Of a stretch of 64,000 bases of DNA, positions 36,349-50,600 are shown in pieces. Source of the DNA: Hormiphora californensis. Taxonomy: Eukaryota; Animalia; Ctenophora. Both the position numbers and the translations under genes were made by a program. Under the pieces are notes generated by a model. The model ran no database searches, was not told where the DNA came from, and saw only the letters and a program-made list of their open reading frames with translations. The stretch spans positions 1,860,001-1,924,000 of the forward strand of contig CM035351.1 in the NCBI GenBank assembly GCA_020137815.1, written 5' to 3'. Position 1 is the first letter of the stretch. Every line of letters starts with the position of its first letter.

Positions 36349-39300
36349 TCACAACACCTCTGCTATCTTCTTGCAGATCCCCTTCACCCCACTTGGGTCA
36401 GCAGCGAGGACTTTAGCAAACAGATGAAACTTGTCCGATGTCCGTTCAAACTCTTGAGCCACGGATTTCGCTTCCTCTATCACTTTGTTATCAATCCCTG
36501 CCATTCTTGCTGCGTTGAACCCAAAGCTCTTGGGGCATGCTCCTGATTGGTGGATATTGGGTGTTAGGCAATTACTTCCCATTCCCCTGGTATAAACTTT
36601 CTTCTTATAATTATAAACTATAATTATAACTTTCTTCTTATAAAGAAGAAAGTTAAGAATCGTCCTGAGAAAAGAGCCCCTGGTAATAAAACGGTACCAC
36701 CTCTTCGTGGAATCTAGCCCAACCTGTCAGGCCATTGCTCTAGAATTATACTCGAATTTAGTTTATCCCGCGTGGCCTGTCAAGGAGATATTCCCAGACC
36801 ATGGATTTGAATTCTCTCTCTCCTAATATAAAATTATTTTAGTGCCATGGAAAAATCTCAAATGAGAAAGAAAGACTGGAGCGAGATATTAGGTTGTCCA
36901 AGAAATAATGTCGTGGGCCGATTTCTCCAATTTAGCATAACGATTTCGATAAAATCTTTTTCTAGCTTGTTTATTTAACTCTTGACTTCATAAAACGAGG
37001 GTCTATTTTGAAAAATTTGGTATTTGAGGCACCTTGGTGAACCCGGAAAAACTGCAAAAATATTTGCCGCTGAACGAAAAATATGTGCATGTTGAAAACA
37101 CTGCTGTAATTCTTCTTGTGAGTATCTGTAAGATGTTTCACTACACCAAGCTTGTTTATTAGACAAATATTTATCGTTTGAGTGGTGAATGAAGTCACAG
37201 ATCCTATTTGTCTCGGAGCTATGGAGCTCTAAAAAAAATTTGGTCAAAATTTGAAATGTTCACTTCCGGGATACTTCAGGCTTCATGGGATGGGGGGGTT
37301 CCAACCTATTTGTTGTACGTTTGTACGGAAAAAAACACGGGTTTCCTCAAACAAAAAAATACAAAAAAATACAAAAAAGTACAAAAAAATACAAAATAAT
37401 ACAAAATAATAAAACGGGGTATAAACGATTAAACAAAGCTTTTCTGATCGTTGAAACTTAAGTTTATGATCATAATTGTGTCATAAATTCCTATTAAACT
37501 GTGGTTTCATACAAAATTAGCAACTTTTTCTTATAATTGGAAGATGAAAACATGTTTTAATCATGTTTTAATTGTTCTTTATCAAAACACAAGGAAATAT
37601 TCTATTCAAAATTTTCGAAATCTGAATCAATGATGTTTACTTTTTCGAATTTCGAATGAAAGATAATAATTACACGACAAACGTTCCTAGGTGGTACATT
37701 AGGACAAAAGGAACCCGTCCATGAACTTTTACTAGGCACCCACCTCCATAATTTGTTGTGCTTTTTTTGTACTGTTTGTACGAAAAATTGGAATTTCTAA
37801 GAGAGAAAATCTTTCCAAATCGAACTTTCTATCCAAGAAAGTATTATCGAATCGCAATTTCTAAGCGAGAGAAATTTTCCCGAATCGCAATTTCTTACCG
37901 AGAAATTTTTTCGAATCGTATTTTCTAAGCGAGAAATTTCCTCGAATCGAAATTTGTTACCGAGAAAATTTTTCTCGAATCATCATACTACTTACTAAGC
38001 AAATTGTGTAACGGAGGTCACCTAGCAACTACACTTGCACGTGCAATTATTAGAGGGACCTGGAGAGCGGAGACCTCTCTCCCAGTTGCAGTTGGGTACC
38101 AAGGGGAAATTCAATTCTGCACGTGCATTCTTTTACTTCTGTCCTGATGTCTAGCTCTTCCACCCAAAGTGCTATTCGGCAACGTTTATCTAGGTCCAGG
38201 AGAACTGCTGCTGTCAGGGAGCAGGCTAGAGAATATGACAGATTACGCCAACGTGTTCAAGCGAGCCAATCAACGACTACGGATAGCTTTACCCAAAGTC
38301 GCCCAAGGGTGATTACTCCAGTCGAATATAGAAATCTCCAAATCGGCTACATAGCGGCCAAGTTTTCACGTGATGAGTTTCTGGAACAGCACTGCACCTC
38401 CATGACATTGATCTCTTAAATTCGCACCTCGACATTGTCAGGAAGCCCAGAGCGTACACCAACATGAGTAGGGAGAAAGTGAGAGATAGGCTAGGAACGG
38501 ATGGTGCAGGTGATGTCAGCGTTCCCTAATCCAGCTATCATTTCCCCGAAATTCGCCCGTAGGGCGAACGGGCCTACTAGTATTTTCTAAGCGAGAAATT
38601 TCCCCGAATCGCAATTTCTTACCGAGAAAATTTTTTTTCGAATCGTATTTTCTAAGCGAGAAATTTCCCCGAATCGCAATTTCTTACCGAGAAAATTTTC
38701 TTGAATCGTATTTTCTAAGCGAGAAATTTCCCCGAATCGCAATTTCTTACCGAGAAAATTTTCTCGAATCGTATTTTCTAAGCGAGAAATTTCCTCGCAT
38801 CGCAATTTCTTACCGAGAAAATTTTTCTCGAATCGTATTTTCTAAGCGAGAAATTTCCCCGAATCGCAATTTCTTACCGAGAAAATTTTTCTCGAATCGT
38901 ATTTTCTAAGCGAGAAATTTCCCCGAATCGCAATTTCTTACCGAGAAAATTTTCTCGAATCGTATTTTCTAAGCGAGAAATTTCCTAGCATCGCAATTTC
39001 TTACCGAGAAAATTTTCTCGAATCGTATTTTCTAAGCGAGATATTTCCCCGAATCCCAATTTCTTACCGAAAAAATTTCTCAAATCGTATTTTCTAAGCG
39101 AAAAATTTCCCCAAATCGCAATTTTTACCGAGAAAATTATCCCGAATCGAAATTAGTACCGAGAAAGTGATCTCCAACTGAGAAAATTTTCTCGTAATCG
39201 TAACGGTAATCTGAATCAATGATTTCGTTTTTTTAGAATTTCAAAAACGTGTACTTTTACACACTTTTTTAGTATGTAATTTTAGCAGGAAAATGGACGA

Positions 39301-41636
39301 CAATGGAACTAAAAACCAGGAAGCGACCGAATATTCGGTTCGGTTCGGTTCGGTTCGGAAATTCTTGTTTTGTTCAAACAGGGAGAGGGAGGGTCGAACA
39401 AGGCAAGGAAATTCGGTGTTTTTTGGGCGGTTCGGTTCGGTTCGGTTCGGTAGGAAATTTTGGCCGAACCACCGAATTTTTTGGTCAAAAAATGCCCAGA
39501 AATCGGGCTTTTTCATGCAAAATTTTTCAACTGTTTCACGAAAATTGTATAGATTTCAATGTCAATTTCGCCGTATTAACCCTATTTCGAATCGGTGGTG
39601 CTATGTGGAAATGATTTCGCTAGTTAGCGGGTTCGATATGGATTGATTTGATACCTGACTTCCCGTCGAATCGTGTCCTCATGAGAGGGTCAACAAATTG
39701 AGAAACTTTTTTTTTCAAAAAATTCATGGAGAGCACCGATCAAGGTGTTAAGAATCATTCTCTGAAATTTTGTAAAAAGTTTGGAAAATATTTCAAAGTC
39801 AATTTTATGGAAAATTTTCTATGTCAATTTTTGCGTACGAATCGTGTTTCGAATCGGTATTGCTAAGCGGGAGTGATGTTGCTAATTAGTGGGTCCGAGA
39901 TGGATTATGCTGATACGTGATCCCCCATCAAATCTAATTAGGAAGTTTAGGGGAAATTATTAATGTTTCAATAAATCCTGCTAATTAGCGAGAGCACTGC
40001 CGCATAGCATCACCGATTCGCAACACGATTCGTACGGCAATATTGACATTTTTTTTTCCGAAATTGACTTTGAAATATTTTACAAAGTTTTTTCACAAAA
40101 TTAAATGTTTCTCTAAAAATTCATGGAGAGCATCGATCAAGGTATTGAGAATCATTACCTGAAATTTTGTGAAATTTTTTTTGTGAAAAATATTTTAAGT
40201 AAATTGTGGTATACGAATCGTGTTTCGAATCAACAATGCTAAACGGGAGTGATGTTGGTAATTAGTGGGTCCGAGATGGATTGTGCTGATACATGATCCC
40301 CCATCAAATCTAATTAGGAAATTTAGAGAGACACGATTCATGGTTCGTTTAATCCTGCTAAATAGCAATACCATTCCCGTATAGCATTGCCGATTCGAAA
40401 CACGATTCGTACGCAAAAATTGACATAGAAAATTTACGATAAAATTGACTTTGAAATTTTTTTTCACAAAATTGACTTTGAAATTTTTTCAAACATTTTT
40501 TAACAAAATTTCAGAGAATGATTCTCAATACCTTGATCGGTGCTCTCCATGACTTTTTAGAGAAACATTTATACAGAAAAAGTTTTGTATGGTTCGGTTC
40601 GGTTCGGTTACCGAAATTCGGTTCGGTTCGGTTCGGTTCGGTAAAAAAGTTTTTCAAATTCGGTTCGGTTCGGTTCGGTGGAAAAAAACCCGGTTCGGTC
40701 GTTTCCTGCTAAAAACGTTCATTATATATATGATAGATGGTACATGAACATAAACGGAACCCAGCTATGTATTATTTATACTTTTATCAGGCACCCACAA
40801 TCCATATCCTTCATTATTTTTTTGTATTTTTTTGTATTTTTTTGTATTGTTTGACAAACAATGTTTGTATGGAAAAAAACAGGAATTTCGGATACTTTTA
40901 TGTATGGTCCGTACAAAACCGTACAAAACCGTACAAAAAAATAGGTTGGAACCCCCCCCCCCCATGGGATTGACGAATGAAAATTTTTTTGACGGTAATT
41001 AAAAGTCCCAACCAAGCTTTTAGCCGTAGTAATGTTGACTTTTGGCTTTGGTAAGGTTTTGAGGTGAAAAAATGCGGTTTTTCGAAAGCTAAATTTTGCG
41101 TTTTTTTCACTTTTTTTTGTGGTAGATTTACTAAGTTTGACGTTTCCATACAACGCGTCGATGTTGTAAAATCGCATAGGTACTATATCTTTGGATGATG
41201 GGCTATCAAATGGCGCCATTTAGAGTTGTGGAAACTCAAATGGCTTCCTTCCAGCGACGTTTTAAAATTTTCAAAACTCCCGTTCAGCGGCAGAGCGACT
41301 TCCGGTAACAGATTACCCAAATATGGGCAATGAAAATATGATTTTGAAGTTCTAGATATCATCTGGATATGTTTCCCCTACTGGAAATTGTCTACTGAAC
41401 AAGATAGAACGCTTACTCATGTATTTTTACAAAAAATTGTAGGACGACATTATTTCCTGGACAACCTAATATTAAGGCGAAAATGGAAAGCTTCCTTCGT
41501 GAAGTGCCGGACCTACCGCCTACACCTGGGTACTAATCACAGAACAGAAACTCACTAAGCGAGTGGTGCTGTGGATCCGGAACGATGAATGTGGCGGTCC
41601 GTGGACTGATGGCCCTCTGAGAATAGCTACACATCC

Positions 41637-41679
<43 letters not shown>

Positions 41680-44600
41680 CCCTCTCTTAAAAGTACAAAA
41701 AGAAATTTTAACTTTCTTCTCCCTATCATGAGATATGAAGATCATGAGATATGAAGATGTGAACGCATTATATCCCACATTATACCCCACATTATGTTAT
41801 CCCAGCTTTTAAAGTTCTACATTGCATATTACTCTCCTTGATAGAGGGGTTAGTTGCCTCAATCTGCAAACTACCCAGAAAGATAACTTTCATTACAACA
41901 TAAAAAAAGCTTTTCATAAATATTTAAATTTTAAAGCTGTACCTGGAGCGAGAGTGTAGAGAAATGTGATGTTCTGATCATCTGTATCACTGTTGCCAAG
42001 GCAACTCATGTGACTCAGGGAAACACCAGACGCGTTGTCAAGATCGTCTACCAACCTGCAGATCATTAGTGGTACCAGAATTATGGCAATGCTCCATTTG
42101 GGAGTTTCAAACTTTCATCAACTACAACGTAAAACTAATTATTGAGATTTGAGGGTGTGAATTGTATGATTCGAGTCCTACGTAGAAGACGCCTCTCACT
42201 GGTTTCCCAAGTCCCGTGTTCTATACTATATGAAGATCACTTTGTCAGGCCAATGCTCTGACAAAGATCACACGTGTTTTAGTACACTAACCTGTGGTAA
42301 TGTGTTGAGAAGAGGGTCCTACATTTCACCTCGGCACACAGGGATTGGATGACACTACTCGCTATGGCCATTCCATCATACGTGGCTGTACCCCGACCTG
42401 TGAGTATGGTACTGTTAGCACTGATTGCACTCTGATCGTTTCTCGTTTCCTGTTGCTCTCGTTCTCTCAGTACAAACACCACATTTTGTCACATGTTTCT
42501 TCCTTTAACATTCAACAATCACTCACAGCCCTCCTCCTACTCCCCAGTGGTCTCTACACAGCTTAGATAATGCCCAATGTGTCCCTGATAAGCTTAGAAA
42601 TGGCCCATTTTCACTGAAAAGGTTTCCCGAAAATTTCGAAAAAAAGTCATTTTTTCCCTGCCCGGGTGAATGCCGAAGGCATTCACCCGGATGCCTTTTT
42701 ACTTTGTAAAAAGGCATAGCAGGGTTAGAATTCGAAAACGACATTTTGGTATACTAACTAATCGGTAGAGGGACATTTTTTGGTCACACTTTCGTTGCGA
42801 GGGCAACGGTGTAGCAACTAGAGCCGCGCGCACAGTGACGAGCTACTCCTTCATCAAACACCTCATTGACACAGTTTGATGGACGTGTGTGCGCGCGCCA
42901 CTCAACAAAACATGAAATGCTCTGCCGCGCGTTTCGCGTGTTACATACACATTTTCATCTTTCGAGTCGAGTGTGAGATGCTAGATAAGTAGTTAAGTTG
43001 GAATGTCAAAAGCTGGTTAGCAAGTGTCATGTGATTGGGAGTTAGCTAACTCTAAGCTATGTGAGAAGTATACTGACAGCTAGATCGTATGCATCTCACA
43101 TTACATTATGACCAAGCCTTGATCCTGTTGGCAGTGACAATGTCACTGACATGTGAAACGGTAGGGCAGGGAAACACAGCATTATGAATACATAATGCAA
43201 TAATTCTTGTTTGAAGTTTGCGATGCATTTTATTTCCATTTTATTTAAAAGTCCACTTTTAAAGTTGCTTGCGGAGGCCCGTACACATGGTTACCACTTC
43301 GTGACATACTTCCCGGAAGTCTCATTACACTCTGATCGTTTCTCGTTTCCTGTTGCTCTCGTTCTCTCAGTACAAACACCACATTTTGTCACATGTTTCT
43401 TCCTTTAACATTCAACAATCACTCACAGCCCTCCTCCTACTCCCCAGTGGTCTCTACACAGCTTAGATAATGCCCAATGTGTCCCTGATAAGCTTAGAAA
43501 TGGCCCATTTTCACTGAAAAGGTTTCCCGAAAATTTCGAAAAAAAGTCATTTTTTGAAGTTTGCGATGCATTTTATTTCCATTTTATTTAAAAGTCCACT
43601 TTTAAAGTTGCTTGCGGAGGCCCGTACACATGGTTACCACTTCGTGACATACTTCCCGGAAGTCTCATTGCACTCTGATCGTTTCTCGTTTCCTGTTGCT
43701 CTCGTTCTCTCAGTACAAACACCACATTTTGTCACATGTTTCTTCCTTTAACATTCAACAATCACTCACAGCCCTCCTCCTACTCCCCAGTGGTCTCTAC
43801 ACAGCTTAGATAATGCCCAATGTGTCCCTGATAAGCTTAGGAATGGCCCATTTTCACTGAAAAGGTACCCGGAAAATCCCACCCGCCCACCCCCCAGCCA
43901 CCCTCCCTAAATAGAGACGTTTACTAAACAGCCCACTACAGCGACAATCCTTGTGTTTTGGTGCACCAAGTCGCTTATCGCGTGTAACAATTATCAATGA
44001 TCTTATCTATGTTATCCGACTTGTCTTCTAGAACATTTCACACTCTACATTTGTACTGTCCTATGCCTTATTTGTGTTTGATTGTCTTTAATCTTAATCT
44101 CTACTGAAAATGGACACACTTCACATCTCATCACCAACAACATCACGGTACCCATCACATCCATCAAGGTCGTAAGTTTGTCAGTCCGTGGTTATGTACA
44201 GTTGTATCCAAATTATGATCGTAGCCATTGAGAGATTCTATTCTTATTCTTAGTTAGTATCTTTAGCTAGCGCTGTTGACAGACCGTACTCACAATGGAA
44301 AACGTTACCTTGATCCAGACCAAGTCCAAGACTTGCTACCTTGTTCCAAAACATCTCAAGACTACCACAAAGGCAAAACGTTACCTTGTTCCAGACAAAA
44401 CAAACTCAAGACACTCAAAGGCAAATCGTTACCTTGTTCCAGACTAAACTAAACTCAAGACACTCTCAAAGGCAAAACGTTACCTGCTCCAGCTTAATAT
44501 AAACCTTAGGAATTGTTTTAGGCCAGGAGTAGTGTGATACCCCTGTCGACGTCGTGCGGCTCACGCCGCTCGGCGTCGCCAGTGGTTGACCACGGTCTTC

Positions 44601-47600
44601 CTGGAGCGTCTGAAGTAACATGCTCTGCATAAACTGATTGGTGGGTGGCCTTGCTACGGCGGAGTGGTGGACGTGCTGGGGCGCCTAATAAGCGTGCTCG
44701 GTGCGGCCGCCGCTACTTTCGGGCAGGTCACTCGCCAGACGCAGCAAGTACAAACAAACAAACAAACTGTTAGCACTGCAATTATAGTACAAGCTGATTT
44801 CAAGATGGATGGTGTGACATCAACAGTAGTCGCAGGGGAAAATCGTTCAAAGTGGATATCGAGGGAAGTTTATCCTCCCGGTTAATCGGGGACCGACTGC
44901 CTAGATCCGTTATGTTTTGAGATGCTGCAAATAAAGATAAATGAGTGAAAATTTGCTACAAGATATCCGGTGCCGCAGGCCCCGTGTACAACCGGACGCA
45001 CCGCGTATACGCTATAGCGGTGCCGTAGGGAGCATATATAAGCGCGACCGGCTGGGTAGCTCACAGGGCGGCTTCGTGGGCACAAAATTTGTATTATATT
45101 TAACTCCTTCTTTTTATCACCTTGCAGCAAGGCTAGTTGACTGTTAATTCATCGTGGGCGACAAGATTCCAGGAAATTGTTAGATAGGTACTAAGCAAGG
45201 CGATAATATGATTCAAAAAATGCAATACAAGGAGATATTGTTCCATTTGACAGATTCAGACAGTGCTACGACAATTCGTGTGTGTGGTTGTTCAAGTAAC
45301 TTAAATACCTACTTAGTGTCTGAGCTGAGCTCCAAAATACATTAATTATTAAAAAAGGCAGATGGTTGGTGTTGGTAGTGGTAGTTTGTTTGTTTGTGAT
45401 TGCTGCGTCTGGAGGATGATGAAGGTTTGAACCAACATTTGCACGTGCAGTTTAAAGCAGCTTAGATGGGCTGAAAGGGGTTCCACCGGCGATGGTAGGG
45501 ACGTGCACGTGCAAATTGAGTTCTTGAGCAATTTTGATACTTTATAGCCCTCTGGAAAGAGCTCGATCCCCTCTTTCTAAAGATCCCAGGAAATTTGAAA
45601 TTGGCTGAGAAATGGCCAATGAGTTGTATGGCGTAAAACATCTCAAAAGCGTGCAACAATTTATTTTTCAACACATGAATCCCTTTGTGTCAGCCGTTGT
45701 TACTACAGTCGGACCCCGATTTAGGGACACCCTCGGGGGAAAGGCTCTTGTCCACTAAATCGGGGTGTCCACTAAATCGGGGTCAAATAATGTTAATTTC
45801 CTATATCGGGGAAAAAAAATCCTGTCCCTAAATCGGGGTGCCACTAAATCGGGGGCCCCTAAATCGGGGTCCGATTGTATTGAGAACGTTGGGCTCTAGT
45901 TTGTTAAAAAAAGGCAGATGCTTGGTGAATTGGTGATGGTCTAGTGATGATAAAGCAACATTTGCAGGTGCAGTCTAATAGGAGATCTGGGAGAGGACCC
46001 CAGAGGTTTGCACGTGCAAAAAACCTTCGCCAATCTGCAAAATCTATAACTCTATGAAAAGAGCTTGACAATTTCTTTCCAATGAGCCCAAGAATTCCGA
46101 AATTATGTAGTTGAGAAATGCCAGAGTTATGGAGTAAAATGTCTAAAAATCTTGCCTTGTTCGACCCTCCCTCCCTGGTCCCTGCACAAATCGTGCAAAA
46201 ATTTGATTTTTCACTGTTCTTGGTAACTTTTGCAGTTTTGTAGTCGACGGGTTCCCTAGTTAAATAAAAGAATCGATAATATCTTTCTACCCTCTAAATA
46301 CCTATAATTATTGCTTGGCGGGTTTCTGTAGAACAACACGTGTACCTATCTGCACAACAACACGTACCTATCTGCACAACAACACGTACCTATCTGCACA
46401 ACAACACGTACCTATCTGCACAACAACACGAATCTATCTGCACAACAACACGTACCTATCTGTACAACAACACGTACCTATCTGCCACCTATCCACCATC
46501 GAGATCAAATGGATTACTGGTTACATATAACACACGGTGAGAGGCACAGTTACTCCTCTATAAGGGATGGGAGAATATATCTTAGTAAGACTCTTACCTA
46601 GCTCATCAAGTAGCACAAGGGAGTGTTTGGTGGCATGGTGTAGAATTGAACTTGTCTCTGAGAGCTCCACGAAGAACGTACTTTCACCTAAACAGTAATA
46701 ATGGTAAGTTCATATTGGTTGGATTCCAACCTGGAACTATATTTAGTTCATTGGTAAATGGTAATAATATGTATGTACTTTTGAAGTTTTTTTTTAAACT
46801 TCAAAAACTAAAATGGGTAGGAAAGTTCAACTTCAGCCCCCCCCCCCAAAATTTCAAAAATCTCATCGGTCAAAATTTTGCAGCAGCCCCCCCCCCCCCT
46901 AAATTAAATGATCATTGGTTGGAACTGTATTTAGGTCATCGGTAATACAACTTTTGTTAGCAATGTGGAAGGAAAAGCAGTGGGGGAAGCTGTTATAATA
47001 TCTTGAAACTTCACATACCCCCAATATTTCAATTTGCATCATGATATAAAGATCCCGCAACCCAATTTAAAAGGGAGACCTATCAAATATTGACACCCGT
47101 GGCTCATTGGTGACGTAAAATATGTTGCATCAGAATGTGCATTTATACTGTGATACAACCCGATACAACGTCAAAGAGAGAAGAAATGTGCCCAATGGAT
47201 CTAATTCCATGGCCAAAAAAGCCAGATCAATCACGGATTTCAGGGCGGGTTTTGCTTTTTTTGACCTTCCCCCCCCCCCTTTATTTACCATCCTCAAAAC
47301 CCAGGTGGGCGAATTACCTGATAAATGACCCATCTGAGCAGCATGTACCGTCGGAAAATGATAGTACCTACTAATTGGCAACGCTCGGGTCCGGGCGCCG
47401 TCAATTCCTCACAAACCTACCGGCCGTGCCAACCTTGGATTTTGCAAGCGTGCGCATGTGAAATTGATCAATTTTGATGCACACACCACATGTGATGTGA
47501 CACGCAAAAAAACGAGCGCATGAGAAGGGCCAAGGGAGGGGGGGGGGGGGTGAAAATTTCAAAAAATCCGACTTCAGTACTTTCTGATTGGCACGATCCG

Positions 47601-50600
47601 AGGTTGGCACAGAGTCGAGGTTATGAGTAACCAATGCCAACCAGGAGGGGAGATGGGCATTCTATATATATTAAACAATAAACATATACTCATTCGTGAT
47701 TAATAAACCTATTTTTTTAGAACGGGGGGGGGGGGTTGAGAGAAATGCTGAGAAGGTTCGTGACGGGGGGAGGAGCTTCGTGACTAACTGCTAACTATTT
47801 ATCCAATATATATATTGAACAACTTATGAGAAGAAAATGACGAGAATGTGCCCCCCACGTCGCCCCTGTCGGGCCAACTGGTTAAAAAATGGTGCAGTAA
47901 TTCAGACACTTTACAACCAAATATATATATTCATTTGTAGACAGAGAGAGGTATGAGCTATTACCTTTGGTTATGTTGTCTGAAGCACCCAACCGTGTGA
48001 AGACCCTGTCAACTGGGGATAATTCCATCCTCCTGGCTGGCACCATACACCCCATCTGGGCAAGGACTACCAGTAATCCAACCTGGCAATATATATCATG
48101 GTTTAGGGGATGTGAATTGTTGTACTGACCAGAGGGGGATCTACAAAAGTAATTTTTGATAGTGTGGCTTGAAGAGCCCGACACCTCAACCAGATGGTTG
48201 GTTGGTGAGAGCGATTGGTGGCCTCAACCAGATATGAGATTCAATGCTTTTGCGTGCACCATTTTAAAGAAAATTGAGGTTAACTTTTGTGGGAAAACTT
48301 GAAACAGCAGAAACGGTTCCAAAAGTTAAGGAGAGTATCACTACAAAATTTTATGGTGCTATCCCAATAAGTTCACTAGATATTAATTTCCCAAAAAGTA
48401 ACCTTTTTTCAATATTTCAAGTCCAACTTTTTCGCCACTTCCTGAAGAGATGGCCAGGAGGTAGGCCTTGAAACTTATATTAACATGAAAATTAACATGC
48501 ATGATCCCCAGACAGCTGTCAGGCCAATGCTCTGACTATAACAGTTCTCACACACTGAGAAAGAAATGATAATAAAGTGGGTGCCATCTGTTTAGTGGGT
48601 GCCATCTGTCATTGTGGCGTGTATGCTACGTTGGTGGAGCCCGTGGACTTAACGATCCATTGACTTTGTTATATTATATCTGTTCTAAATGTTTTCCCGA
48701 TAAAAAAGTCAGGCAATGCAATGCTCTGACATTCAGACAGTAATCTCCGAATTTGATATAGTAATTTCTGATATATGCCCTTGTTCGTGACTATTGAGAT
48801 ACCGAGTCTGACATTATTCAAAATTTCAAAAATGTCATCCTCAATATCTCGGTTTTGAGTGCATTATCTGAGGATCATGCCTTTCAAGTTTCAAAGTTAT
48901 ATGCGTTTTTTTGCTGTAAAGTGAGAGCAATTGGGGCCGGGGCTGTCACACGAAAATATAATGCCCAGCGTGAAAGGGGTGTGACAACTTCAAAAAAATC
49001 CGACTTTACTTCAATTTGTTCTTTCAGAACCTGAATTAAAGAGGCCTTCTTAAAGTGTTCTGATACACTTGGTGGGGGGTGGGGGCACTTGGTGCAAAGT
49101 TACCATACTCAACAGTCTCAACTGACAACTCCACCCCCCGAATTCTGATGGCTAGCCATCAATAATATATATGTCAATATGATATAACTTTCTCAGTTAT
49201 ATATTGAATTTTCCGAGACATAACATCATAGAAATACTCCCATTGTCCTAATAGTTTCCTAATATGACATGTACACTGTACAATGACTCACGACACTCAT
49301 GTCTGAGACACATGGTTAAAATCAGGTAACAGGAGAAGGAGACAGGTGTGATTAGGTTGATATATAACCAGACACTAATCTCTATCCAGTACAAATTAAG
49401 TTGTTGGCTGCTGCATGGTGCATGATCTCTCATCTGCAGATAGCGATTTAACTACATACATTAATCCTGTTAATTTTATTTTAGAACCATTCAAGGGACA
49501 TGGTCACGAAGCATTTTAACTACAGTAGTTTAAATTTTGCAAACGAATTTTCAATGACTCACGAGTCACGAGACACATGAGAGAAGGAGAGAGGTGTGAT
49601 TGATATATAACCAGACACTCTCTATCCAGTACAAATTAAGTTGTGGGCATTGGCTGCAGCATGGTGCATGATCTCTTATCTGTAGATAGCGATTCAACTA
49701 AATGTCAATTTCAAGGGACAAGGTCACGGAGCATTTTAAATACAGTCGGACCCCTCGGGGGGAAAAATCCTGTCACTAAATCGGGGTGCCACTAAATCGG
49801 GTGCAAATAATGTTAATTTCCTATATCGGGGGAAAAAAATCCTGCCACTAAATCGGGGTGCCACTAAATCGGGGTCCGACTGTAGTTTGAATTTTAAATT
49901 TTACAAACGAATTTTTTCAGCCAACAATTAGGAAATAAAAAATAAGCCGACGTCAGGGAACAATATGTCATTTCACTTCCTAGTGACAAACTGACCTGTC
50001 GCATCAAGGTGCTTTTGCCGCCCATATTAGGTCCTGTTACGACGAGACAGAGAGATGGTTCCTGCAGGAGAGAAATATTAGCGGGTTCAAAAGTTAGAGA
50101 TTAACCCCAAGACAAAATTGTCTGGCTCCGTGACTGGCGTGCAATTAAACAGTCGAAAAACTACAAACTTGGTAATAAAATTACCACTCCGCGATAGCAA
50201 TAATAGGGGTGACTTCGTAACTAAATGTTTTCTTGATTTTGTGACGTCATTTTGTTTCATCTCCCCCTTCTCCCTTCGCATACTACCCACCCCTCCACCC
50301 CACCCTTATAAGGGTGGGGTGGAGGGGTGGGTAGTATGCGAAGGGAGAAGGGGGTATACCCGCCCCAAAGTAGGGGACTTTCTAAAACGGGTCGCTTATC
50401 GCGTGTAACGACAAATGTGATACATTCATTATCCTGTAGATTGGAAATGGATAAACCTCTCATCTCATCAACAACAAAATAAACCTTTAAATTTGATTTA
50501 GGCCATGAGTAGTGTGATACCCCTGTCGCCGCTCGGTGTCGCGAGTGGTTGACCACGGTCTTCCTGGAGCGGCCGAAGTAACATGCTCTGCATGAGCTCA

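Larger units (their letters stand above)
37285..40969. mobile_element. Element bounded by inverted repeats and hosting nested insertions, in the last MSH6 intron
   Basis: GGGGGGGTTCCAACCTATTT..GTACG near 37290 is inverted to CGTAC..AAATAGGTTGGAACCCCC near 40920-40965. Confidence 0.5.
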
